This document shows positions 39,542 to 52,639 of a stretch of 64,000 nt of DNA, piece by piece. The stretch comes from Gnetum montanum (taxonomy: Eukaryota > Plantae > Gnetophyta). Every line of letters begins with the position of its first letter. Position 1 is the stretch's first letter. The DNA lies in NCBI GenBank assembly GCA_015680685.1, contig MNCI01002237.1, positions 72,648 to 136,647 of the forward strand, written 5' to 3'. A program made the position numbers and the translations under genes. The notes below the pieces were generated by a model, which saw only the letters and a list, made by a program, of their open reading frames with translations, had not been told where the DNA came from and did not search any database.

Positions 39542-41655
39542 ATGACACCTAAAGGAAAGCATGTGTAGGAAGGAGGACCATCCCAACCAAGGGACAAATG
39601 GCCATGAATAAGAAGGGACTAAGATTAGATCCATGAGCAAGTATAAACGCATGCCATTGGACCTCTATGGAAGGAGCCTAAAGTGAAATATATTTGGTAG
39701 ATTCCCAAAGAATCAGCCATAATAGAATAATTTCACAAAGATGAGGCATCATAGCTTAGATGGAACCTTGAGGTTACCTTGATGGAGGCTTGCCTCAAGT
39801 AGATTGTGAAGAAGTAGGTTTAGAAATTAGTGCACCAAGAATTAAACTTTAGACCTTTCTTGGAGTTTGCATCTCCAAAAGTTAACACTCAATTGCAAAA
39901 CTCTTCAATGTGGTTGACAATCATTTTCAATAGAAAGTGGTACATGGGAGAAACATACCTATTCTCAAACAATTGATAGGCTGATTCAATGGTCAAGATC
40001 AAGGACATTTCAATGTCCTACTCAGTGAAAGCCATTGTAGAGGCCCTTGGGTTACCAGAAACTTGGGCCAACCTTGCTAAAATTCCCATGTATGTAGATC
40101 ATAGCATTAAGAAAGGATGGACATAGTAGTGTTATGAAGTTAATTATAAAGTGTTTAGTGCACTTACCATGGAAAAGTATGCATACTTTAAGATTGTAGT
40201 CTTTTATCTCAATCCAACAATGAGGCCAAGCAAGATCACAACTTTCTCCACTCATGCATGTGCTGCTCTAAGCCGTAGATTCCTTGTGAACCTTCCACAG
40301 CTAATCTATCTTGAGATAGAGAAGTGGTTTTAAAAAAATGAACATGAAAGGAAGGTGCTCCCCTTTCCATGCCTTATCTAGAAATTGCACAAGAGGGGAG
40401 GCATAACACACTATACAAATGACATTGTCCAACATGCTCTATCCACTTCCTAGGCAAAGATGATGAGGGTAAAGTGCCTACCAAAGTCATCCAAGAAGAG
40501 CAACAACAACCACCACCTTCACCACTCATTCATGAAACAATGACAGAGTCCCACATTACCCTTGAGTGCATGTGCAAGATCTAAGAGCAACTCTTGTGAA
40601 AGTAAGAGTAGCAAGTAGGAACAAGTGGTGGTGATCAATCTATGTATCGCCTAGCAATGAGTCACCTCAGCAAAGTGACTCAAACCATCAATTAGATGGA
40701 AGGAGGTGAATTAATTTTCTCAGCCCAAAGAACACAACTACCAACAAGATTAAATCCTAGCACCTAAGAGGTAATGGTATCTCTCTCTCAATAGCAATAA
40801 TTCCCAGAAATTTCTAGAAACATCATTACTTTTTCTTGGTGATGTAGCACCATGGGTAGGAGACAATGGCAGAGGTCATTGCTAATAGGATTTTCAAAGC
40901 ATTAAATGCACTTACGACATCTATACTAGATTTTTTTGCACTCAAAGATGTGTAGATGTCTGCAGGAACTTTTAGTGGTAGATTAATTATAGCCTAGCAT
41001 GAGGAGTTGCTAGACCAACTAATGAAAACTAGGCAACTGATTCTAGATGTCTTTGACCTTTTGGATACCATCACTACAACCTAGTCTAAGCTACTAGAAG
41101 TGAGGGGAAAATGCATCATATTAGAGGGGAAACTTAAAATAACCTACGCTAAAAACCAATGCTTGGCTATGGAGGTTGGTAGAGTTCAAGCATCACAAAG
41201 ATAGCAAGTAGAAGCTTAAGATTGCTAATGCTAAACTCAAGGTTCTCTAAGTGAAGTTCACCAATCAACAATCAAGTACTAAGAATCTAGTCAAGTAGAT
41301 GAACAATTAACAAGAGTTGCATAATGCACTCAAATCATTTGATATTGAATGTAAATAGTTTGTTGCCTAGTTCGTGAATGTTAAGGAGTTGTTCCCTATA
41401 ATGCCTTGTTGTATTTCCATTCCAACGCACATTGTCGAAGCTGCATGGATTTTCAATGATTCTCAAAGTAAGGAGGAGAAGATGAAGTCACTGTTGGATG
41501 CCTTTTGTCTTCCACTAGAAGTTACAACTATTGCAAGACAACCACAATTGCCTTAACCACTACATGTACCTAAAGAAGGAGAAGGTCCTTCGAAGCCTCA
41601 AGAGTATCCACCACCTGGGTCCAATTCATCTTCTCTAACATCTTTGTATCATTTG
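39542..41655 (+). pseudogene. C 3' accessory ORF (Athila ORF2 / putative plant transposon protein-like, coiled-coil C-terminus)
   Basis: Starts MTPKGKHV*EGGPSQP after a candidate leader intron 39242-39541; contains VNLPQLIYLEI...KVLPFPCLI*KL..GG motif; heptad-rich 3' part. Confidence 0.65.
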
Positions 41656-41856
41656 AGGAATTTTGCCTGTCAATTTTGTCCTAGTGTTCAATTTTGTTAT
41701 CTTGAATACCATAATTTTGTAATAATTATAAAACTGTACACTCTAGGAACTTATTTTTTATCATGTTGTTTATGTGTTAGATTGTGTTAATAATCTCATA
41801 CGTTCCTAAATTTTGTAAAGAAGTCAAAGACAAGTTTTCATTCAGTTGTGGGGGTA

Positions 41857-43732
41857 TGATGAAATGTCATGATTTGGCTACATTGATGAGATGCTATCAA
41901 TGTGACCTTGTCAATGGGATCTCGTCAACAAAGTGTTTGACCCATTGACATTTACTCATTGACAAGTCATCCTATTTTTTTCTATAAATGTGCACCTTCC
42001 ACTACATTTATGTCATCAAGTGTCATAGTTGCAGCAAAGCTCTAGTAGTTTTTCCACTTGAAATTTACAATATTTTCTAACTACCCACAATAGGAGTCAA
42101 AGGGTGTATGGATCTTTATTCGAGCACTGTTGTACCTAGGCACTTTAATGTGTGTGGCAATAAAGATGAGATTCTTGATCAAACCTTGCAACACTTGGAC
42201 TAGATTAATTATTTATTTAAGTATTTAATATCTTAAGCAATTTCATTTAATGTTTTAAATTATTAAAGTAGTTAATTAAGATAAATTAAATAGTAAACAT
42301 AAGTATGACCACTTCAAGCATACGTGTAACGCTTGGTGATGAGTGGCGAGGTACCCCTACACTCTACCATACGAATACGAGCGTACACGCGCGATCCGGT
42401 CGAACTCCGCAGACTAAATGCCTTAACGCCACAAGAAACACTTGGGGTTAATCGTTCGTTGTCTTCCCAGGCTTGCTTGTATGTGTCACGGTGTATGGTT
42501 AAGCAAGTCTGAGGTATGTGATTTTTTTGGTATTTTCGGCTTATCTTCTATGCTACCAGGAGAAAGGGTTGAGAAAACTAAACTAACTCTAACTAAGATC
42601 TAAGTCTAAATTAACTAGCGTCAGCATCCGTTCCCACTTGCCGGACACACCCTGAACTATGCAACTGCAGCTTACCAAACGCTAATCGTTACTGGGATCG
42701 CCACACGTAACGCAAGTGCTCGAAGTGGTCGTACTGAGGCACCTATTTAGCCTACGTGTGATAAGCAGCCGATTCCTTAGCCAGCCGTACACACCCGTGG
42801 GTGCTCGTAACTAAGTCGTACTTATCACACGATCTAGCCTAGCAATGAGCAGCCGATTCCTCAACTAGCCGTACACATTAGACCCGGGAGTTACCAAGCG
42901 CAGAATCCTGGAATACGCTACTGGGTTACCAAGCATCCAATGCTCGTAATTGAGTCGTACTCATGCATTGCGTCAAGCAGCCGATTCCTTGACTAGCCGT
43001 ACACGTCCGTAGACGCTCGTAATCAAGTCGTACTTGAACGCACTAGGAAAGCAGTAAATGAAAGCAATAAATGAAACCACGTGCTGCAAGGTTTATCCAA
43101 ACAAGTTCGTCTTTATTGCCGTACACAACTTGGGTTCAGGTTACAAGCTGCTCGAATAAAGAGCCGTTCACTCTAGGACTCCTACTGCGGGCACAGGGGA
43201 AAAATTCTAACTCTGGAGTGATCAATCTGCCAGAGCTTCGCTACACTAGCCAGGATTGGGAAATGAAGGGAGTGCCGCCTCTTATTTATAGATATGGCGG
43301 CGGGACGCGATATCGCGTACGCGATATCACAGGTGAAGACGCGATATCGCGGCCTAGTGAAAACCGCGTCTCATCACTTGGTAATCCCAGTAAGATTTAA
43401 CGTTTGGTAACCCAATAATGTTATACATGTTCAGGATGTGTACAACAAGTGGGAACGAATGCTTATGTTAAGATTAGTTAAGTGTTAGCTAGTTGTTTGA
43501 TTTATTTAGCAATTCAATACCTGTATTCATTATTCTTTATTCTTAGGCCTTAGTTACACTTAACCATCCTCTTGTACTTACAAGTATAATTGGAAAGAAA
43601 ATGATTACAATAGTTGATTCACCTCCTAAATCAGTGTATGTAGAAATCTAAAAGTCCTTGGAATTTGACCAAATTGTGCATAAATGCTTGTGATTCGTAT
43701 GGTTGAACATAGGGTCTACTCGCTGCTCATTA
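41857..43732 (+). repeat. 3' LTR of C, interrupted by solo LTR B'
   Basis: Starts TGATGAA after the PPT; ends CTCATTA before the TSD. Confidence 0.9.
42337..43376 (-). mobile_element. Solo LTR B' of the B family, antisense
   Basis: Reverse complement homologous to the B LTR; TGATGAG/CTCATCA ends; perfect TSD CTTGG (42332-42336/43377-43381); CpGs largely intact, so young. Confidence 0.95.
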
Positions 43733-44607
43733 GAGATTATTAGGTTACATGGAATTCTAGTTAAAATAATATCTAATAGAGATCCTAAGTTTATCTCAAC
43801 ATTTTAGCAGATATTTCAAGTAGATCTAGGTACTAAATTAAATATAAGTACTACTTATCATCCTTAAATATATGGAAAAATAGACAAAATAAATCAAATT
43901 TTGGAAGATATGCTATGGGCTTATGTACTTCAATATAAGAAAGATAGGGATGAAATGTTGCCTATAGCAACTATTACTAGGCAATATTAAAACTCCTTCT
44001 TATGAGATACTTTATAGAAGATCATGTCGATCACCTATTTGTTGAACTACTATAGAATATAGAATGTAGTTAAGTACTAACTTGATTAATCAAACCACAG
44101 AGCAGGTTTGCACAATCCAAGGGTCTATTAAGGCTACTTAGGATAGATACACCAAGCATGCTAACTTAAGAAGGAGACCACTTGAATTTTAAGTTGGTGA
44201 TTATGTCTTCTTGAAAATGTCTCCAATGAAAGGACTATTGAGGTTTGGAAAAAATAGTAATTGGCTCCAAGATATGTAGGTCCATTTGATATAGTCAAGA
44301 AAATTGAAAAGTAGCATGTCAATTAGCTTTGCCACCAAGTTTAGAAGAAATCCATAATGTCTTCCATGTATCTCTTCTTAAGAACTATGTTCCAAATGAC
44401 AACCATGTTATACATTGGGAAGGAATATATTTGTAACCAAATATTACTTACCAAGAATACCCCATTAGAATCTTAAATAGAAAAGAAAGACAATTATAGA
44501 GTAAAGTAATTCCTATGGTAAAAATTATTTAGGAATGATATGAGAATCAAAAGGCAACTTGGGAAACTGAGGCAAATATGAAAACAAAATTTCCTTACAT
44601 TTTCTAG
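43733..44607 (+). pseudogene. Element A integrase C-terminal part and chromodomain
   Basis: EIIRLHGI..SNRDPKF; APRYVGPF; IHNVFHVSLL; YQEYPIRILNRKERQL..ATWETEANMKTKFP. Confidence 0.9.
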
Positions 44608-44631
44608 GAGGAAAATACCTAAAGGGGAGGA

Positions 44632-47600
44632 TGTTATAGTTTAGAATTTGCAAAACTTAGTTATTTAATTTAATACATATGGTTAATTCTTTAATGCTTT
44701 TCAATGTGTTTCAATGAATTTGTTGTAATATTCTTGGATTACGTTACTACCATCACTATTATTACCATTATTATTGTTGTTGTTGTTGTTGTTAGTTTCT
44801 TACATAAGTGAATGTAATTTTCTTGTTAGGGTATTTTGTTAAAATTTTCTATCTTTTGTTTGACTACTATTTAAGCTTACCCATAAATCTTCAAAATATT
44901 TTATGATTAAATGTTAAAATCCAATTACCTCAGGAAGTTTTTCTTTTTATTAGTTATCATGCCCTTTTGAGTATTTAACTATGCATATTATATTCTTTAT
45001 GTACATTTAGTTTATGTACATTCAATTGTTATTATATGCATATTCAATCATGCACATTTATTCTTTATTATGCACATTTGATTATGCATCTTTTATTTTT
45101 ATTATGCATATGTGATTATGTTATACTCTATTCATTGAGCAATTTCTAATCCTAACCTTACCCAAAGCATATCATTATTACTTTTTGTCATTAAACTAAG
45201 ATTTGGAATTCTTTTAAATTATAATTCAATCTTGCATAAATTAGCTTTGTTTAAAAAGCACCCTAGGATGATGTCTTACCTAGAATATGTCCTTGCCAAT
45301 ATCTTTGGGATGTTCAAAAACATAGATTTTGACTCTTAATTCACTATAATCAAAGTTACTATCCTCAAGATATCACATTTTCTAATTTGATAAAATATCA
45401 TAAATTTTTTGGCATTTGAACTAGGTGACTATGATAAGTGAATCATATGTGATATTTTAATATATAACTAGGTAGAACACTTGATGAGCATCTTGTAGGG
45501 TCAAACAGAATTTGATTTGGAGAGTCAGTATGCATGCTATGAGACATAGAACACTAAGGGTATTACAAGAGAAAGGAAAAAGAGAAAATAACTTATGAAA
45601 ATAATTTTGAAGAAAAATAATAAAAATAAAAATCAAATTTAAAGTCAACATCATTTCTAAAAGCATGTTGTGTGCATGATGCAGAAAAAAGGTATATGTG
45701 ACATATATGCATATTATGCATTTTATTTTATCTTCTTCACCTTGGCTTCATGTTTTCTCTCATTGCCTCTCCGTTGCTTGTTTTTGGCTATCATTTTCCA
45801 CCACAACCATCATTTTGCAAAACCATGTCCCATCATGTCTTTCCATAAAGACATTTTTTACCCTTTCTTCTTCGTTTTAAAGCTAACTTGAGCCCAATTT
45901 CTTTCATTTTTATACCTTATAAATACATGGAGGCCTTAGTTACATCTTGTCATAGTTTAAAGAAGGGTTTTAGATATGATAGGCTAAGTAAATTTAAAAC
46001 CAATTAAGAGCATTAACTGAGAAAGGAAGACTTAAGGAAATTCTAGAAGCCCTCTCAACATCATTAAGAAAGTTTATTTTATTTTCCTTTCAAATGGCTT
46101 CCCCATATTGCTATGGATTTTCTATCTCTCATCTCTAATTCTCTGGACTTTTATTATTCTTATACAATTTTTATTAATATGCTAGGATTCTACTAGATTT
46201 TTGTAATTTTGAGCTTTTTATGAAAAGTAATATTTTAATCTTGTTCATACCATTTTTTATCTTTTGGTGAATTTTGAAAATTACAGAAATTATGCCTAAC
46301 TTGCCCCTAGATATTTTATGAATATATGGGATCTCCTCATAACATAAATACAATTTTGCAAGACTTTTGTGGAATTTAAGCTTTTTATGGACTTTTGGCC
46401 ATTTTGGGCATTTTTTGGACTTTTGGAATAAAATAACAATATTTATGTAATCAATTTTGCTTAGTATGAATCTTTTAGATGCCCCCATCTACATGTAGTA
46501 GCATAGTGTTCTATTGTGGGAACCACCCCATGGAAACAAGGGTTGTTAAATGGATTTCCCACCCTAGATTTTAATTTGAAAGTTCATGTGAGGCTATGGA
46601 TTTATCCAAGACCATGACACTGAGTAGTTGAGTCTAGTGGTGTGCATAGAGGCATAGTCAAGACCTATCCTTCTAATGATACATGTGCCTCATCCATTGA
46701 GGATGTCAGCAGTGAGGCTATTGCAAAGATCTAACCACTAGTGATTTGTTTGGGATCACGAGGCTAATTCAATGACAGTAGTGAGGTTATTCCAAAACCT
46801 ATTGGTGAATCCCTTTGGTAATGAGGATAACTAAGACCTAGCCTTTGAAGATGTCTAGATATACTATATGTTCTTTGGGATTTGTTTGAACAAATTATGA
46901 TATCTTTAGACACTAAAAAATTAATAATTAAAATATCCATTCTTTAGAATTTTAGATTTTATTTGGATTTTTGAAAAATTTATGGCATTTCTGGACTAGA
47001 AAACATTTTGAATATTTTATTAGCAACCTCTATCTAGCCTTTAACCTAAAACTTTGGGCTAAAGACTTTATGCTCCATGAAGAGGGAAATAAAATAATCT
47101 TTCCTATTTGAGGAGTTTTAACTCCAGTTGCACTCCGATGCAGAGTCCACAGTAGGCAAGAAAACGTTTGAAGAGGAACATAGAATGAAGATGAACCAAT
47201 TTTGTACAAGATGGGCCCTCTCAACTTGAAAAATAATTTCTTTATAATTTATATTTTTGTAAAATAGAAACCTCGTACACTTCTAAGATATTTAAACCAT
47301 ATACCTATTTTTGTGAATAAATAATAAAGTATGATAGATATGGCATTCCGTTGTGCCATTAGGACCATGAGATTGCAAGAACATTTTTTATTTTATGTAC
47401 ATGCTATATGTTTGGAACATTTTCATATTATTTATTATATATTAATATTTTATTATTTAATATAATAAATTCAAAATGCAAATAACTTTATTTCTAGATG
47501 TCCAATTAATGCCAAATAAGTGTCATTGGAATTGTTATTTTAAACACTATTTTATGTTGCAAATAGTGTAATTTTTAGACATCTACCTTTCTGTGTGTGT

Positions 47601-47836
47601 GTGTAAAATTCTCTTTTTCATTAAATAAATTTTATTTAATTATATATCCGAGTATTATGAAATTTGGCTACGTTATATTGTTCTATTGCATTTATGATCC
47701 TAATTAATAAATTTTATCTATTTTACCACTTTCTTCGAATTAGTAAATCAAGGTTAAATCCAGGTCTTTGGGTTTTCATAACATCTCTATTAGTTATTTA
47801 TAAGATATTTTATAGATAATTAATAGGGGTATTACA
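44632..47836 (+). repeat. 3' LTR of A (~3.2 kb)
   Basis: TGTTATA...TATTACA, directly after the PPT. Confidence 0.92.
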
Positions 47837-48668
47837 AGTGCACAACTAAATAACATCACAACTAAAAAGGAGCTAATGGTAGTAGTGTACATACTTTAAA
47901 AGTTTAGGCATTATGTACTTGAATATCTTGTTTTTCTACACACTAATCATGGTTGAATTGGGTTTCTTATGAATAACTCAATAGTCAACCACCAAATCGT
48001 TCAATGGCTAGTGATCATATAGGAATTCAACATCACAATGATGAATAAGAAGGAAAAACAAATATAGTCATAGATCAATTATTGAGATCGAGATGGAACA
48101 ATAAGACTAATAAAGAGCCTTTATCAAATCAATTTTAAAATAAGCTATTATTTACAAAGACTACTATAGTTTCTTCATCAGCAACCACTCAATTTGCTAA
48201 CTATCTCATGTATCTAAAACATGAAAAATTTCCTCCCAAGTTGGAATAATACATGACCCCAACAATTTTTGCATTAAGTCAAGCATTTCATGGAAATGGA
48301 GAGGAATCTATACAAAATTTGTATAGATAAATTGTTGTGGAAGTGTGTTCTAAAAGAGACCCAACTAAGAATTTTGTAAGATGTGCATGAACGGTCATGT
48401 GAAGGCTAACATGCATGAAGAGGAATGGGTATTAAAATTCTCATGTCCAATTACTTCTAATCAACACTCTTTCAAAATGCACATTATTTTGCTAAGCCTC
48501 ATGAGTATTATCAATGATATGGTGGTGTAACAACATAATTTGAGAGACTACAACAATGGATATAGTCACTAAATTCTTTTGATCTATGGGGAATTAACTT
48601 TATGAGTTCTATCACTCCATTGAACAACAAATCATGCATTATTGTTGTTATAAACTATCATACAAAGC
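47837..48668 (+). pseudogene. Athila-like RNase H-integrase fragment (continuation of Z)
   Basis: SAQLNNITTKKELMVVVY..FRHYVL; FDLWGINFM; collinear with C ~19155-19995. Confidence 0.8.
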
Positions 48669-50298
48669 AGGTCAGGTGAGAGATCTTTGACACTTTCTGA
48701 TTCTTTCTCCTTCATCTTTCTTCATCATCCTAACCTTGTCCCAGCTCTTCCCACTGTTTTTTCAAAGATTTTATACTGCTTTGTATGTTTCTGTATTTAA
48801 AACAGCAAAAGTGGCTTCAAAAGTCCTGTAAATCATGGATAACATTTGTGCACTTGCTTATGATTATGGTTGTTTTCTAATGATATAAATCTCGCGTACA
48901 CATGTATATATCTCTATATGAAAATGGATCTAAAAATAAGGTAGCCATAATATTGGGAACCATTGGAGGATCTACTTTGATCCTGCTTGTGCCTCTAGGA
49001 GGCTTGCTTGTTTTGGTTTAAAAAGGACAGAAAAACAACAGGTATAAATACATGAATTCCTTTTCGTTCAAACTCTTGGCATTACCAAACTTTCCATAAC
49101 CTTGAAAAACTGCACCAGGAAGTTTTATTAATATGTTTCGATGAAACAGGGGCTTTGGATGAAGAAGAAAACATTCTAAANNNNNNNNNNNNNNNNNNNN
49201 NNNNNNNNNNNNNNNNNNNNNNNNNNNNNNNNNNNNNNNNNNNNNNNNNNNNNNNNNNNNNNNNNNNNNNNNNNNNNNNNNNNNNNNNNNNNNNNNNNNN
49301 NNNNNNNNNNNNNNNNNNNNNNNNNNNNNNNNNNNNNNNNNNNNNNNNNNNNNNNNNNNNNNNNNNNNNNNNNNNNNNNNNNNNNNNNNNNNNNNNNNNN
49401 NNNNNNNNNNNNNNNNNNNNNNNNNNNNNNNNNNNNNNNNNNNNNNNNNNNNNNNNNNNNNNNNNNNNNNNNNNNNNNNNNNNNNNNNNNNNNNNNNNNN
49501 NNNNNNNNNNNNNNNNNNNNNNNNNNNNNNNNNNNNNNNNNNNNNNNNNNNNNNNNNNNNNNNNNNNNNNNNNNNNNNNNNNNNNNNNNNNNNNNNNNNN
49601 NNNNNNNNNNNNNNNNNNNNNNNNNNNNNNNNNNNNNNNNNNNNNNNNNNNNNNNNNNNNNNNNNNNNNNNNNNNNNNNNNNNNNNNNNNNNNNNNNNNN
49701 NNNNCTCTTCCTGTTTACATATATATAATGAATGTCCCATATCTTTTCTGGCAGTGGATACATGTCTCCAGAGTATGCAATGAAAGGTCAATTATCAACC
49801 AAGGCAGATGTGTATAGTTTTGGTGTTCTTATTTTGGAAATAATCAGTGGAAGAAAGAATGGAGACTTGGAGGTATCCAGTGGCCAAAGCATCTTTCCCA
49901 AGGTATAATATTCATCTGCTGTGCATTAAAATATATTTCGCAATAGGTTTTTATTATTTATTTTCCATAAAGAGCAGCTCCAAAAAATTGACGTTTTTTA
50001 TTTTTATGTTTTTAAGATATGGAGATTATTTCAACAAGGAAATGTTGAGGACATTGTTGACGAAACTATGGCATCAAATATCTCATATGAGCAAGTAAAA
50101 AGGTGCATACATGTGGGGTTTCTCTGTACACAAATAGATTCATCATTAAGACCATCAATGTCTGCAGTGTTTTTGATGCTTACGAGTGCCTCCCTCAGTT
50201 AACCAACACCAGCAGAGCCTGCATTTCTGAGTTTTAACAGTGACGGTGACTCTGTTTCTTATGATGGGAATCAGTCTACTATGACATTCCCTAGCATA
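48669..50298 (+). pseudogene. CRK: CRK pseudogene (exon 1 lost; kinase exons 49755-49902 and 50017-~50298 visible; gap 49181-49704)
   Basis: [24 protein letters not shown]; IWRLFQQG...[11 protein letters not shown]; TAA at 50200-50202 where the paralogue has TTG; exon1/intron1 junction GGTCAG|GTGAGAGATCTT retained. Confidence 0.85.
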
Positions 50299-52639
50299 GT
50301 GTGTGAACAGCTTAGCTCACAGAAAATACTCATCCTCAATTCCTCAGGTTGTTGGAGGTGCATTTCTAAATCTTAATTACATTTTTTTTTTTTTTCATCT
50401 TTACAAATTATGCTCTTGTTTTGCAATACTAACTCAGGAGCAGTAAATTCCGTTCTATTAAAAAAATGCAGATATCGTTTTTGCAAGAATAAAGTTCCAG
50501 GCCAAATCTTATATCATTTGTTAAAAGGCAGCTCTCCTAATTAGGAGCTATTGAGTTGTGCTGTGTCCTTAAAAATAAGAAAATATGTGCGAGTCCAAAT
50601 AAATACCAGGGTGTTATGTTTTTTACTCTGATATATTTGCTTGATTTCTATGATACTTATGGGCATGGAACACTGATTCCTTAGGTGTATAATGATTAGC
50701 TTTGTAGGAATTAATTGACTTATAATGCTCATTGTCTCATGGCATGAAGATTTCATTACAAAGCTGTCTTTCTAGTCCCTTTGTTTTCTTTCTTTTTCTT
50801 CTTGGTTTTTCGTTTTCCCAGCCTTTTTATTCTCTCTTTTTAAAGAAAAATTTTTCATTTCTATCATTCTAAACGTTTGCACTGTCTATGTGAGAAAATG
50901 TTCTAATAAAACCTATCGACAGTACTTCCTCAAACCTCTGGAAAAAAGGCATTGAATGAAGCGATTTGCCAGGATTTTTAGTAATTTCATGCATAATATT
51001 TAATAAATGAGCTATGTTATTTCTCTAAATAAGAAAACTAGTAAACGATGCAAGGCTCAGGGCGAAACTGGACACACTTGAACATCCTACCGAGAATTAG
51101 TAACATTTAGGTTAAGACTACAAAACAAGCTTAGCCTGCTGCAACAAAAAATTGACATAACAATTGAACTACCAGGGGTATAATTGGTTTTAAAATGATT
51201 CATCTGTTATAGCTCCAAGTTGATGTAAAATTCTGAAGCATAGTAATTCCAGATTATGAATCTTGATCCCTTAAATATGTTAAAAACATAATGGTTGTCT
51301 CTTTCTGAATTGTTTATTGGAACTGTATCAACTTTGTAATGTACCTATATTCTCAGATTTATTCAGGTATAGGATAGTCATATGGTAGTAATATTTTTAT
51401 ATTTTAATCTGAATAAGGCTAGTATATTGTATATTATTTTACAATTTTAAATTATTTAAATACAAGGGAATCAAGAACACTAATTGCATGCCAGCCAAAA
51501 ACCATAGGTAGTATTGTTGATGTCTAGTTAGTTAGTTGAGCATACCCTAAGGTAGTTAAGATTTCATAAAGACTTTTATGAACCTTATTGTAAAAAGAGT
51601 TAACATATATATTTGTAAAATCACAATTATATTNNNNNNNNNNNNNNNNNNNNNNNNNNNNNNNNNNNNNNNNNNNNNNNNNNNNNNNNNNNNNNNNNNN
51701 NNNNNNNNNNNNNNNNNNNNNNNNNNNNNNNNNNNNNNNNNNNNNNNNNNNNNNNNNNNNNNNNNNNNNNNNNNNNNNNNNNNNNNNNNNNNNNNNNNNN
51801 NNNNNNNNNNNNNNNNNNNNNNNNNNNNNNNNNNNNNNNNNNNNNNNNNNNNNNNNNNNNNNNNNNNNNNNNNNNNNNNNNNNNNNNNNNNNNNNNNNNN
51901 NNNNNNNNNNNNNNAAGTTTCATGTTCTTTCAAATTTTTGAAGTTAATTACATGTACTCTTATGTTTCTAATAAAGTATCAAAGAATTTTGTATGAGATT
52001 TCAGTGCCTTTGATGATGAAGATCACTGAAAAATGACGAAATCAACCATCATGTGTGCAGCCTATATGGGGAAGAAACTGTAGAATTATCAGGTACTTTA
52101 AAAATTTAAGCCTATGTTGACTTGGCTTAATGAACTCCATTTACAATGCAAAAATCCCAAATATTCTATTATAAATTTTTGCACATATGTGAAAGTAAAG
52201 AAAAAATGTAGATTTAGAATGCTTCTCACCATAGTGAGACCATATCCACATTAAGTGTCAAGCTTTGTTTCTAAGTAAACAAAAGCAACTAAGAATATCA
52301 AAAACATCATTAAAAAAATATCAAATAGAAAGTTGTAACAAATCAACTAAGTTCATAAATATCATAACATTCAATTTCAAGGTGTGTGTCAATTTGAATG
52401 TTCCATAATAGCTAGAATCATTTTGAAAGATGCTTGATTTGAATATTTTGTACCAAGGGTGTAGGGCAAGTGGTTAGGACACTCATCTTAGGTTGTGAGT
52501 TTGATTCTTTATTGCTCTTCCTAGAGGAGTTTTGCGGTTGAACCCCTTTTTCATAGTGTGTCACATTTACCTTCTTTTCCTTAGCATAATGTGTGGATAA
52601 GGGTTGTGCTACTAGCCTCAAAAGTGGATCACATGCAGT

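Larger units (their letters stand above)
13686..43732 (+). mobile_element. Element C: Athila-lineage LTR retrotransposon with 3' accessory gene, inserted in A integrase
   Basis: LTRs 13686-14563 and 41857-43732; TSD AAGAT/GAGAT; A integrase resumes EIIRLHGI at 43733; Asp-type PBS; PPT TGGGGGTA. Confidence 0.9.
720..47836 (+). mobile_element. Element A: Tekay/Del chromovirus Ty3/gypsy LTR retrotransposon, degenerate, hosting nested insertions
   Basis: Two homologous LTRs ending TATTACA; Met-i PBS; gag-PR-RT-RH-INT-chromodomain order; PPT AAAGGGGAGGA at 44621-44631. Confidence 0.9.
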
